Shown: in pieces, positions 1-8,992 of the stretch
Layout of the letters: each line of letters begins with the position of its first letter
How positions within the stretch are numbered: position 1 is the stretch's first letter
Origin: Patescibacteria group bacterium
Lineage (GTDB): Bacteria > Patescibacteriota > Patescibacteriia > Magasanikbacterales > JBBTQS01
DNA length: 60,107 bases
NCBI GenBank assembly: GCA_038065555.1
Contig: JBBTQS010000003.1
Location: forward strand, 92,266 to 152,372
Reading direction: 5' to 3'
Made by a program: the position numbers and the translations under genes
Notes under the pieces: generated by a model
Told to the model about the DNA's origin: nothing
What the model saw: only the letters and a program-made list of their open reading frames with translations
Database searches by the model: none

Positions 1-1
1 T

Positions 2-211
2 AGATTCATGATCAGCCACTGCAACGACTCCATGGTCGACCTCGCTTCACACAAAGACCGCCACGAACACATCGGCGACGGCAAAATCGGCACCGAAGGA
101 TTCCGCGCCCTCCTCAACGAACCACGCCTCAAGCACGTCAACTGGTACCTCGAAACCGAATATGACAAAGTCGTCGCCGACATCGAGCTCCTCAAAAAGC
201 TCCGAGGCTAA
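2..211 (+). CDS. nfo: Endonuclease IV (AP endonuclease family 2), C-terminal fragment; N-terminus lies outside the window
   Basis: The frame is open from the window edge. The C-terminal HIGDGKIGTEGFRALLNEPRL...WYLET resembles the conserved end of Nfo. Confidence 0.65.
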   Translation, partial: RFMISHCNDSMVDLASHKDRHEHIGDGKIGTEGFRALLNEPRLKHVNWYLETEYDKVVADIELLKKLRG

Positions 212-428
212 GCGCATCACAGTTCACGCGCACCCAGGCTCAAGCAAGGAAGTAATCACCGAACGTGCACCCAACACGTTCGACGTCTGGGTCCGTGCTT
301 CAGCAGTAGACAACAAAGCAAACAACGCGATTGTGCGCGTTGTAGCAACTCATTTTGCTGTAGCCCCATCTCGAGTCTCGCTTCTTCGGGGCGCGAACAC
401 AAAAACAAAAATTCTCGCTATTTCTTAA
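162..428 (+). CDS. DUF167 (YggU-like) family protein
   Basis: Core ITVHAHPGSSKE...VRASAVDNKANNAIVRVVATHFAVAPSRVSLLRGANTKTKILAI fits the DUF167 pattern. The only canonical start is ATG 162, which overlaps nfo by 50 nt, so the Ser-rich N-extension is uncertain. Confidence 0.65.
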   Translation: MTKSSPTSSSSKSSEAKRITVHAHPGSSKEVITERAPNTFDVWVRASAVDNKANNAIVRVVATHFAVAPSRVSLLRGANTKTKILAIS

Positions 429-431
429 CAC

Positions 432-692
432 TTACGGCAAATCCACTCCACCAGCGCTCCAAGGATTACACCGCACAATCCGCCAAGCCGTCTTCACTGA
501 TCCGCGTACAAATCCATACTTCCCATACGCCTCATACCCATACTGCGAGCAAGAAGGCGTAAATTTACAATAACCATGAGGATATTTGGCGCGTAACCAG
601 CTATGATCAGGCGACAGCGTTCGTTGGTAGAGCCGAATCAACAACTGCGCCAGCCGCCTCGGAATGTGCCAAATTACACGAGTTATCCACAT
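432..692 (-). CDS. yidD: Membrane protein insertion efficiency factor YidD
   Basis: [11 protein letters not shown]...[14 protein letters not shown]...[14 protein letters not shown] matches the YidD signature. It sits adjacent to rnpA as in most bacteria. Confidence 0.85.
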   Translation of the reverse strand: MWITRVIWHIPRRLAQLLIRLYQRTLSPDHSWLRAKYPHGYCKFTPSCSQYGYEAYGKYGFVRGSVKTAWRIVRCNPWSAGGVDLP

Positions 693-698
693 ACTTAT

Positions 699-1037
699 TC
701 ACACCTGTGTATAACCCAATGTCCGAAGTACATCCTCCCGAATCTCCTGGAATTTCGCTAATTTCGCAGCAGGATTCACAAGAATAACCACAGATTTTCC
801 ACTGATAGCCTTCTTCGTGATCGCTTCACGCAACACTTCACGAACCCGACGTTTGATCCGATTACGCCCCACCGCCGTCTTCTCCGTCTTTTTGCTCACG
901 ACAACCGTCACGAGCGTCCGACCTTCTGCGTTTTTCGCTATTTTTGCACGTACAAACTTGCCTGACCGGGACGAACCCTTCATCAGGACCTCTTTCACCT
1001 CAGTTTCGTGGCGCAACCGGTTGCGTGCCGGGTACAT
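699..1037 (-). CDS. rnpA: Ribonuclease P protein component
   Basis: 112-aa basic protein with ...VVVSKKTEKTAVGRNRIKRRVREVLRE... and rpmH-rnpA-yidD synteny. Confidence 0.85.
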   Translation of the reverse strand: MYPARNRLRHETEVKEVLMKGSSRSGKFVRAKIAKNAEGRTLVTVVVSKKTEKTAVGRNRIKRRVREVLREAITKKAISGKSVVILVNPAAKLAKFQEIREDVLRTLGYTQV

Positions 1038-1105
1038 AGCAGCAGTCCTTATAAATCAAAGAGGCCGTCGAAAAACGACAGCCGCTCGAAATTGCAACAA
1101 AAATC

Positions 1106-1255
1106 TTAGCGCTCGCTCGAAACAGTGAGTTTCTTGCGACCCTTCGCGCGACGGCGAGCCAACACCTGGCGACCATTCTTGGTCTCCATGCGCTTGCTGA
1201 ACCCGTGCGTCTTAGCGCGCTTACGCTTTTTCGGCTGGTACGTTCTCTTTGGCAT
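1106..1255 (-). CDS. rpmH: 50S ribosomal protein L34
   Basis: [45 protein letters not shown]. The internal ATG at 1253..1255 is preferred over the longer track ORF ending at 1330. Confidence 0.95.
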   Translation of the reverse strand: MPKRTYQPKKRKRAKTHGFSKRMETKNGRQVLARRRAKGRKKLTVSSER

Positions 1256-1322
1256 ACGATTCCTTAACGACGCAACTCTATCATGCCAGCCGATTTTACA
1301 CAAGCCCCGAACCCGAGTAGGA

Positions 1323-1413
1323 TAATCCACACACAGAGCCCACCCCTGTGCACAGTCTATGCACTACCTGTGCACTGATTGTCCCCTGTGGATACCTTTC
1401 CATTTTACCCACA
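1323..1413. promoter_or_regulatory. DnaA-box-like cluster in the rpmH-dnaA intergenic region
   Basis: One-mismatch variants of TTATCCACA: TAATCCACA (1323..1331), TGTGGATAC (1387..1395, reverse orientation) and TTACCCACA (1405..1413). Repeated CCTGTGCAC motifs lie between them. Confidence 0.5.
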
Positions 1414-1468
1414 GGTGGTACACTGATCACACATTGCATCTCGGTCACGTTTTTGAACCATTTGGAGT

Positions 1469-2902
1469 ATGACACACCAGCAAATTTGGGACGCCGTGCT
1501 CGCGGAATTTGAGCTGTCTGTCAGCCGTGCGAACTTCATTACATGGTTCCACAATACTGGAATTAGCCACTTCGAGAAGGGCAACGTTATCATCACCGTC
1601 CCAACTGCTTTTGCAAAGACGTGGCTCGAAAAGAAATACCATTCCCAGATTCTCCACGCCATCGAGCGCATCAGCGGACTCGGCGTCCAAAAAATCTACT
1701 ATAAGGTAGAGCAGATCAATCCAGCAGCACGAAGTGCACAACCACAGACCGTTCCAACGCAGTCTTCTGGAGCTACAACACCAGTACAAGCTGCGTCAGC
1801 ACAGACCCCAGCAACTGTGAACCCACAACAGCAACAGCCTGTCCGCTCTGCGTCTGACCCCATCCCCACTGTCAATGAATTCGGCCTCAATCCTCGATAT
1901 GTTTTCGAGAGCTTCATTGTAGGTAAGACCAACGAACTTGCTCACGCTGCAGCGCAAGCAGTCTCGAGCCGCCCAGGTGTTGCGTACAACCCACTCTTCA
2001 TCTACGGAGGTGTAGGATTGGGCAAAACTCACCTACTCCAAGCAATCGGTAACGAGCTCCTTCGCACACAAAAGATCAAGAATTGCATCTATGTCACCTG
2101 TGAGAAGTTCACCAACGACTTCCTGAACTCCGTGAGAACTGGTAGTGCAAAGGAGTTCAAGAACCGTTATCGCAACGTGGATCTCCTCATGATCGACGAC
2201 ATCCAGTTCATTGCGGGCAAGGAACGAACCCAAGAAGAGTTCTTCCATACATTCAACGAATTGCACCAAGCCAACAAGCAGATCATCCTCTCATCAGACC
2301 GCCCGCCAAAGGCGATTTCTCTCGAAGAACGTCTCAAATCTCGCTTCGAATGGGGAATGATCGTCGACGTCGCTCCACCTGACCTTGAGACACGTATCGC
2401 GATTCTCGAGTCCAAGTGCAACGATCGTCAATATAGAGTAAGTAAAGAATTGCTCGCCATCATCGCAACATTGGTGCAAAATAACATTCGCGAGCTCGAA
2501 GGCGCACTCAACAAGATCATGGCGTGGCACGAACTCAAGAACATCACTCCCACAGAGGATTCTATTCGTGGTATTCTGTCGACGGTTGAGACCACCGGCA
2601 CTCGCCAACCCAAGTCTGCAAAGGCGATTATCGAAATCGTCGCGGATTTCTACGCGGTGCCGCTCAATGAGATCCTCGGCAGCTCCCGTGAGAAGCGCCT
2701 CGCATTCCCTCGCCAAATCACCATGTATATTCTTCGTGAAGAGCTCAAGCTCTCCTATCCATCCATTGGCGAAGAGCTCGGCGGCCGCGATCACACCACC
2801 GCGATGCATGCACATAACAAGATATCCACAGAGTTGAAGAATAATCTCCAGCTCAAACAGGAGATCGAAGGGATCAAAGCACGGTTAACAACCGAGGGAT
2901 AA
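1469..2902 (+). CDS. dnaA: Chromosomal replication initiator protein DnaA
   Basis: 477 aa with Walker A GGVGLGKTHLL, an AAA+ core and the C-terminal DNA-binding region ...LGGRDHTTAMHA. A Q/P-rich linker follows domain I, and a GGAG RBS precedes ATG 1469. Confidence 0.97.
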   Translation: MTHQQIWDAVLAEFELSVSRANFITWFHNTGISHFEKGNVIITVPTAFAKTWLEKKYHSQILHAIERISGLGVQKIYYKVEQINPAARSAQPQTVPTQSSGATTPVQAASAQTPATVNPQQQQPVRSASDPIPTVNEFGLNPRYVFESFIVGKTNELAHAAAQAVSSRPGVAYNPLFIYGGVGLGKTHLLQAIGNELLRTQKIKNCIYVTCEKFTNDFLNSVRTGSAKEFKNRYRNVDLLMIDDIQFIAGKERTQEEFFHTFNELHQANKQIILSSDRPPKAISLEERLKSRFEWGMIVDVAPPDLETRIAILESKCNDRQYRVSKELLAIIATLVQNNIRELEGALNKIMAWHELKNITPTEDSIRGILSTVETTGTRQPKSAKAIIEIVADFYAVPLNEILGSSREKRLAFPRQITMYILREELKLSYPSIGEELGGRDHTTAMHAHNKISTELKNNLQLKQEIEGIKARLTTEG

Positions 2903-2943
2903 GTAGGGGGACACAACCGTGGTAACTTGGGTACAGATTTTCC

Positions 2944-3134
2944 CAATCCACAGGCACACCCACTTTGTCCCAAAATCCACACACAGGACCCTGCTGTTCG
3001 TCCCCATATTGTCCCCTGTTGTGCCCGGTCAAATTCAATCAGTTTCTCGTTCACTTCGCGCGTTCCTAGCACGTTATCCCCTTCGTCCACAGGTACTACT
3101 GCTACTACTGCCTTTAAACACATAAATACAGAAT
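2944..3134. promoter_or_regulatory. Candidate oriC segment (DnaA boxes plus an AT-richer stretch) between dnaA and dnaN
   Basis: CAATCCACA (2944..2952), AAATCCACA (2973..2981) and further TCCACA cores, followed by AT-richer sequence ...cctttaaacacataaatacagaat just before dnaN. Confidence 0.45.
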
Positions 3135-4250
3135 ATGAAATTCACCTGCACCAAAGACAACCTCGTTCATGCACTTCAGTTCGTTGGCGGAGCTGCAGGC
3201 AAGAATATTAATTTGCCTATACTGAATAACGTGTTGATAAGTACTGAGGAACGCACAGTACGCTTTATCACCACCAACTTAGAGATGGCAATCAAGACAA
3301 ATGTTCGAGGAGTAGTCGAACAAGAAGGCAAATTCACTGTTCCAGCAAAGACTCTCTCAGAATATATTCAGCTTGTATCGAGCGACCAAGTCACACTTTC
3401 TCTAGAAGACAACGAAATTGTCATTCAAACAGGCAAAAGCAAAACAAAAATCAAAGGCAACCCAGCAGATGAATTCCCTATTTTGCCAACAGTTGATGTT
3501 CGCGCTCGATATGTAGTAAATGCACGTGAACTTCGCACTGCACTCTCTCGCGTACTCTTCGCGTGCTCACGCTCAGAGACACGACCAGAACTTTCTGGTG
3601 TTTTCATGCAGTTCAACAAGACACCTAACACCCTGACACTTGCTGCAACCGACAGCTATCGCCTCTCCGAGGCACAAATTCCACTTCTTGGTGCGCAAGA
3701 AGGCGCTGTGCAGGCGATTATTCCACAGCGCACACTTTCCGAAGTCTTGCGCATCACTGTTGGTCATCCAGATGACACACTTATCAATGTTATCTTCGAC
3801 GAAACACAGGTTGTTTTCGAGATTGGTGAAGTAACACTGTCTACGCGCAAGATCGATGGAAGATATCCCGACTATGCACAGATTATCCCCACCCAGTACA
3901 AAACTCGTGCATATTTCTCCACAGAAGCACTCGCAAAAGAAGTAAAAGCAGCAAGTATTTTTGCAAGCCAAGGAGTGAACGCGGTAATCATGGAGTGCAA
4001 GCCTGCAGAGTCTTCATTGAGCATCTCCTCAACGAGCACACAATTGGGTGAGCACGCATCATCACTCACTGTCGAAGCAACAGGCGAGGATGGTGGTGCA
4101 CTTCTCAACTATCGCTACGTTCTCGATGGTATTAGCGCACTCCAAGCCACCGAAGGAGAAATCTGGTTCCTCTCCACCACCTCTCCAGTAGTCTTCAAAC
4201 CAAAAGACAGCCAAGGATTTCTCTACATCATCATGCCTATCCGCCAGTAA
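3135..4250 (+). CDS. dnaN: DNA polymerase III beta subunit (sliding clamp)
   Basis: 371 aa starting MKFTCTKDNL.... Length fits a three-domain clamp, and it lies immediately downstream of dnaA. Confidence 0.95.
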   Translation: MKFTCTKDNLVHALQFVGGAAGKNINLPILNNVLISTEERTVRFITTNLEMAIKTNVRGVVEQEGKFTVPAKTLSEYIQLVSSDQVTLSLEDNEIVIQTGKSKTKIKGNPADEFPILPTVDVRARYVVNARELRTALSRVLFACSRSETRPELSGVFMQFNKTPNTLTLAATDSYRLSEAQIPLLGAQEGAVQAIIPQRTLSEVLRITVGHPDDTLINVIFDETQVVFEIGEVTLSTRKIDGRYPDYAQIIPTQYKTRAYFSTEALAKEVKAASIFASQGVNAVIMECKPAESSLSISSTSTQLGEHASSLTVEATGEDGGALLNYRYVLDGISALQATEGEIWFLSTTSPVVFKPKDSQGFLYIIMPIRQ

Positions 4251-4265
4251 GTCGCTGGAGAACGC

Positions 4266-4299
4266 AACAGCCGCCCTCTATGGGCGGCTGTTTTGATTT
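4266..4299. terminator. Bidirectional hairpin terminator between dnaN and the PBP gene
   Basis: AACAGCCGCCC-tctat-GGGCGGCTGTT followed by TTTGATTT. Confidence 0.6.
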
Positions 4300-4327
4300 C
4301 AAGAACTGGATTTCGCACCAGGATGCG

Positions 4328-6919
4328 CTAGGGCGCGTTGAGAGTGAATGTAACTGGTGCTGACTCACCTCGGTTACCAACATCGTCGTAGGCGCGAGCC
4401 TTGAGCGTATGAGTGCCATTAGAGAATCCTGTGAGGTCGATCGTGAGTGCAAATGGGAATGTGAACGTCGAACCCATTTCACGATCATCGATGAAATACG
4501 CCACACGACTAATCCCTCTTGGTGCCGCAGCATTCACATCTGCAGTGATACTGCGCGAGGTTGCCACGGTGTTATTCGATGGTGTTGTCACTGTAACACT
4601 TGGTTGTAATTCTTTGGTGTGTACATCGTCGTACTCCGTTGGCGGCGCATCAAATGAAATCGTGCTTGTGGAAGTCTGGCGAATTTTGTTGATCCAATCT
4701 TGCACACCTGTCTCCCATGCAATGTATTGTGGATCAGCAGCGGGATTTGTTGGTACTGGTCCACGTGGATCATTCTTGTCCACGAAATGGAGAATGTCAT
4801 GTGCTTGCACATATGTGCGTTCTTCCACGAGTTCGAGTGGTGTTGCATCAGTGGCGAGTTTGCCAGAGAATTTGTCGACCTTCACTACTACACGTCCGCC
4901 ATTAGAACCACGCAGCACAGGCTTGCTCGCTGTATTTTCTGGTGGTGTCGCAAATGCAACGACAGGTTGCTTATCGAGTGCACGTCGCATATACGCATTC
5001 CAAATCGGACCCGCAGCAATGGATCCGCCCGCAGATTTCATCGGTGTGTTGTCGTTGTTACCACTCCATACACCTGTCACAAGTTGTGGAACATATCCCA
5101 TGGTCCATCCATCGCGATAGTCGTTGGTGGTACCGGTTTTTGCAGCAGATGGTCGGCCCGGCAGCACGAGACTGGAGTTGTTACCAAATACATACGCGCG
5201 CGCTGCATTGTCCGACAGAACATTGGTGATGAGGTGTGCATTGTCAGGATCCAGAACCTTTTTGGATTGAGGTTTCCAGTTGTACAGTTCATTGCCTTGT
5301 GGATCCTTCACATTGAGGATGAATGTCGGTGCGTTGTACACGCCCTCGTTAGCAAGCGCAGCGTATGCTGCGGTGTGCTCGAGGAGAATCACTTCGCCGC
5401 CGCCCAATACCATCGACAGCCCCAATCGACTCTTGTCGCTGAGTGTTGTGTATCCGAACCGCTGCGCGAATTCCACCATTGAATCAATGCTCACGAGATA
5501 CAACATTTTCACCGCAGGAATATTGAGTGATCCCTGCAACGCAGAGCGCACTGTGATAGGTCCCCGCTCTTTGCCATCGTAATTTTTTGGAATGTAACTC
5601 TGTCCAGGACGTGGATCGAAATTGGTGATGGTGTCATAGAGCACTGTCTCTGCTGTATACCCCTTCTCAAATCCAGCTGTGAACACAAATGGCTTGAACG
5701 ACGATCCTGGTTGGCGTGCTCGCAACGCCACATTCGTATTCGGTTCGAAGACACAATTCTTACCAGCGGTACATCCAGCGGGTTCAGATTTGCCGAAGTA
5801 ATCCTTGCTGCCGATCATGGTGAGCACTTGTCCGGTCTTTGGATCCATGGAGACTAGCGCTGCATTACCCGCGTTATACTTCGTTCCATTGTCCTTGAGG
5901 AATTTCGTGATCTCTTCTTGTGCAATTTTGTATTTGTCGTAATCGAGCGCGGTGATGACACGAAGTCCACCTGTCTCTACTAATTTCTCACCAAATTGCT
6001 TTTCGAGAAGTTCTTTCACATAGAGCACATAGTGTGGCGCCTCAATTCCTGTGAGACGGTTGCGCAAATTGAGTGGCTCGTTCTGCGCACTATCCATTTC
6101 TTGCTCGGTAATGAATCCCTCCTCCTTCATTCGGTACAGCACGAAGTCGCGTCGATTCTTGAGCAGGTCGTGATTGTTCAGGAATACACTTGGTCGCTGC
6201 ACAATACCTGCAAGTACTGCACTCTCAGAGAGGTTGAGGTCTTTACTACTCTTGCCGAAATAGCTTTGCGCTGCTGATTCAATACCGTAGTTGGTGGACC
6301 CGTACGGAATTTCGTTGAAGTAGAGCTTGAGGATCTCTTGTTTGCTGTATTTGCGCTCGAGCTGCATCGAGAGGATAGCCTCTTTGATTTTGCGGTTGAG
6401 TCCTGCTAGGCCGCCGCTCTCATTTCCTACGATGGCGTTCTTTACGAACTGCTGGGTGAGCGTCGAGGCACCTCCGCGACCCGTCTTGAGATGGAGAATG
6501 TCCGAGACACCCGCACGGATGATAGACGTAACACGAATACCGTTGTGCTCGAAGAATTTGGCGTCCTCAACAGCAACAGTCGCATTGATGACAGATTGAG
6601 GAAGGTCCGAAATCTCAACAATCGTGCGCTTGCGATCCAAATAAATCTCATAGAGCAGATGCTCCCCTGTTCGGTCATAGATCTTGGTGCTCTCTGCAAC
6701 GTGGCGGTTGTGCAAATTGTTAGGATCCGGCAAATCCCGGCTAATCCAGGCAACGTAGAGAGTCAAAAGTGCAAATCCAATGACACCAGCCACAAGACAA
6801 CCGAGGAAAATCTTCTTCCATGGAATCTGGCGGCGCTTCTTGGGTGGCTTTGGGCTCGCGGGCGATGTGTCTGCTGCAGTAGTGTGTGTATGGCGGGCAA
6901 CTGGCATAAACATTGACAA
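4328..6919 (-). CDS. ponA: Penicillin-binding protein 1A (bifunctional transglycosylase/transpeptidase) with extra C-terminal Ig-like tail
   Basis: N-terminal TM anchor; GT51 motifs (EDAKFFEHNGI, RKIKEAILSMQLE); transpeptidase SSFK, SLN and KTGTT. The track start is TTG; ATG alternatives end at 6913 and 6907. Confidence 0.9.
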   Translation of the reverse strand: MSMFMPVARHTHTTAADTSPASPKPPKKRRQIPWKKIFLGCLVAGVIGFALLTLYVAWISRDLPDPNNLHNRHVAESTKIYDRTGEHLLYEIYLDRKRTIVEISDLPQSVINATVAVEDAKFFEHNGIRVTSIIRAGVSDILHLKTGRGGASTLTQQFVKNAIVGNESGGLAGLNRKIKEAILSMQLERKYSKQEILKLYFNEIPYGSTNYGIESAAQSYFGKSSKDLNLSESAVLAGIVQRPSVFLNNHDLLKNRRDFVLYRMKEEGFITEQEMDSAQNEPLNLRNRLTGIEAPHYVLYVKELLEKQFGEKLVETGGLRVITALDYDKYKIAQEEITKFLKDNGTKYNAGNAALVSMDPKTGQVLTMIGSKDYFGKSEPAGCTAGKNCVFEPNTNVALRARQPGSSFKPFVFTAGFEKGYTAETVLYDTITNFDPRPGQSYIPKNYDGKERGPITVRSALQGSLNIPAVKMLYLVSIDSMVEFAQRFGYTTLSDKSRLGLSMVLGGGEVILLEHTAAYAALANEGVYNAPTFILNVKDPQGNELYNWKPQSKKVLDPDNAHLITNVLSDNAARAYVFGNNSSLVLPGRPSAAKTGTTNDYRDGWTMGYVPQLVTGVWSGNNDNTPMKSAGGSIAAGPIWNAYMRRALDKQPVVAFATPPENTASKPVLRGSNGGRVVVKVDKFSGKLATDATPLELVEERTYVQAHDILHFVDKNDPRGPVPTNPAADPQYIAWETGVQDWINKIRQTSTSTISFDAPPTEYDDVHTKELQPSVTVTTPSNNTVATSRSITADVNAAAPRGISRVAYFIDDREMGSTFTFPFALTIDLTGFSNGTHTLKARAYDDVGNRGESAPVTFTLNAP

Positions 6920-6941
6920 AAACGCTATTTTATGGTACTAT
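6913..6941 (+). promoter_or_regulatory. Sigma70-like promoter for the 3D-domain gene
   Basis: TTGACA (6913..6918), a 17-nt spacer, then TACTAT (6936..6941), about 24 nt upstream of ATG 6965. Confidence 0.35.
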
Positions 6942-6964
6942 AGACAGTACTAAAGATCACAAAT

Positions 6965-7480
6965 ATGACGAAAACCACTTCTTCGCTAGTTCGGACCGTG
7001 GAGCGCGCCATTGCAGTGACTTTTGCTGCAATTCTAGCTATTACGCCTATTATGACCCCTGCGGCGGCGTATGGCGCAGGATTTGCTGATTTCCTTGGGG
7101 TATCATACACCTCTTCTGGCCTTTTGACACGTGGATTGGCCACATCTGATGATGTTCGTGAGCCCCGCTCTACCAAATGGGTTGTGGCTTCGGCATACAC
7201 CAGTGAGCCTCGCCAGACCGACGGAACCCCGTACGTGACGGCCAATGGTAGCTTCGTCTATGACGGACTTATCGCTGCAAATGGCTATCCATTTGGAACC
7301 CTCGCTACACTCGATGCGTTCCCTGGCAAGGTATTTCGTGTAGATGATCGTATGAATTCGCGCTATGGCGCTGATCGTATCGATGTCTGGATGACGGATA
7401 TCAAGGAAGCACGCCAGTTCGGTATGAAGCGCGTAAAGATGGAAATCATCGGTCGCCAGCATTCGATGGTAAAGCGTTAA
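6965..7480 (+). CDS. Secreted 3D-domain (MltA/RlpA-like) cell-wall-associated protein
   Basis: N-terminal hydrophobic signal. The C-terminal TSEPRQTDGTPYVTANG...FRVDDRMNSRY...RIDVWM resembles the Asp-rich 3D domain. Confidence 0.65.
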   Translation: MTKTTSSLVRTVERAIAVTFAAILAITPIMTPAAAYGAGFADFLGVSYTSSGLLTRGLATSDDVREPRSTKWVVASAYTSEPRQTDGTPYVTANGSFVYDGLIAANGYPFGTLATLDAFPGKVFRVDDRMNSRYGADRIDVWMTDIKEARQFGMKRVKMEIIGRQHSMVKR

Positions 7481-7494
7481 ATCCCTCGTGACTC

Positions 7495-7521
7495 AATAGC
7501 CGCCCCAAAAGGGCGGCTATT
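7495..7521. terminator. Hairpin terminator after the 3D-domain gene
   Basis: AATAGCCGCCC-caaaa-GGGCGGCTATT followed by T-rich sequence. Confidence 0.55.
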
Positions 7522-7535
7522 GTTGTATATCTGTT

Positions 7536-7610
<75 letters not shown>

Positions 7611-7644
7611 AATTGCCTGCCGAGTGTAACACCTGATTGGGTCA

Positions 7645-7673
7645 TTGACAAGGTTTTGATGGTTTTGTAGTAT
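7645..7673 (+). promoter_or_regulatory. Sigma70-like promoter of the GC-rich orphan gene
   Basis: TTGACA (7645..7650), a 17-nt spacer, then TAGTAT (7668..7673). The ~100-nt leader contains the hairpins GCCCAttcgggTGGGC and CCAGGATagtagATCCTGG. Confidence 0.5.
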
Positions 7674-7781
7674 ACCCGCCAGTCTGTGCGGTTGTACGCC
7701 CATTCGGGTGGGCAATTGTGCAGCATAACCAGAGCTCCAGGATAGTAGATCCTGGGGACGACAAGAAGAGGAAGAGATTCG

Positions 7782-8840
7782 ATGAAGGTGCAGAATGCTC
7801 GTATCACCCGGGGCAACCTCGGTGACTTCAATCGCTTCAATGGGGTCAAGCCCGGCCAGATGCTCGCGGTCGAGTTCGAGAACATCGCGAAGTCCAAGCG
7901 GATCGATCTCATGGTGGCGATCGCATCGATCGAGGAAGGGGCCAACAGCGCGGAGCTCAACTTCGCCGACGAGAACAGCAACAACAAGACCTACCTGGGT
8001 CGCATGGCCTACGACGGCAATGGACATGTGCTCGTCCAGCTCGGGCTCGATCTGGACCTGGGTCTGGAGCAGACGCGTCAGGCGCTCAGCGCGCTCAGCG
8101 GTGCGATCATCCAGAACAACGGCACGGACCAGGCGTTCGACACGCAACTGTGCGGGCTCACCAATCCCCGTCGCACCCACTACGCCCTCATCACCAAGGG
8201 CAACCGGGGTGACTGGAGCGACGCGCACGTCACGGCACCCACCACGGTGCGTGGCACGGCGCTCAACTTCGCCATGTTCGACCCGACGTACCGCAGCGAT
8301 GACGGCAGCAGCCGTATCACCGGCTTCTCCAGGCTCACTGCTGTGGCCATGACGTACGGCGGCAAGGACGGTAACGAGGTCCTGAATCGCAGCGACAACG
8401 TGCGTACGAAGCTGCTGAACGCCGACACCGAGACGAGCGCGGAACGACAGCTCCAGCTCCTGGGGATGTCGCGATTCGAGAACCTCGGTGACGGGTATGC
8501 TGCCGTTGTCACGGTGCGCAACCCCAACGGCACAACTGGCATCTACGGCACGAAGGTCATCCTGGGCAACGACGGGCTGATCGAGTTCAAGAACGCGACC
8601 CAGCTGGTCAACACCTACGCCGAAGACGCTCTCATCGAGCCGACGGGCGTCATCGAGGACAAGACCTTCGGCGGCGGAGTCGGCTTCATCCGGCATCGGA
8701 CCGAGACCGACACCAAGGCCAAGGCGTTCATCCGGATGCCCACCGAGTTCGGTGGACGGGAGATCGACCTGGGCAAGTCGAAGGTCGTCGCGGCTCACCT
8801 CGCTACGATCACGAACGCGGTGCGCGGCATCAAGGGCTGA
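7782..8840 (+). CDS. Hypothetical protein, 352 aa, strongly GC3-rich (foreign-looking codon usage)
   Basis: AAGAGGAAGAG RBS before ATG 7782 and a terminator downstream. No signal peptide, TM segment or catalytic motif recognised. The antisense strand is also open, as expected for high-GC DNA. Confidence 0.8.
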   Translation: MKVQNARITRGNLGDFNRFNGVKPGQMLAVEFENIAKSKRIDLMVAIASIEEGANSAELNFADENSNNKTYLGRMAYDGNGHVLVQLGLDLDLGLEQTRQALSALSGAIIQNNGTDQAFDTQLCGLTNPRRTHYALITKGNRGDWSDAHVTAPTTVRGTALNFAMFDPTYRSDDGSSRITGFSRLTAVAMTYGGKDGNEVLNRSDNVRTKLLNADTETSAERQLQLLGMSRFENLGDGYAAVVTVRNPNGTTGIYGTKVILGNDGLIEFKNATQLVNTYAEDALIEPTGVIEDKTFGGGVGFIRHRTETDTKAKAFIRMPTEFGGREIDLGKSKVVAAHLATITNAVRGIKG

Positions 8841-8912
8841 CCCAGCCCACGCCGCCGAGCACACAACGTGTGTCTCGGTACAGTTGAGAACTGGTTACCA
8901 GTGATCAACTGC

Positions 8913-8963
8913 AACGGCTGCTCTTCTTCCCACAAGGAAGCAAGGGCAGCCGTTTTTCATTTT
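8913..8963 (+). terminator. Rho-independent terminator (third of three consecutive hairpins)
   Basis: AACGGCTGC...GCAGCCGTT with inner CTTCC/GGAAG pairing, followed by TTTTTCATTTT. Earlier hairpins lie at 8855..8878 and 8881..8911. Confidence 0.65.
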
Positions 8964-8992
8964 GGGGACCCGTGGTAAGGTATGGATATTCT

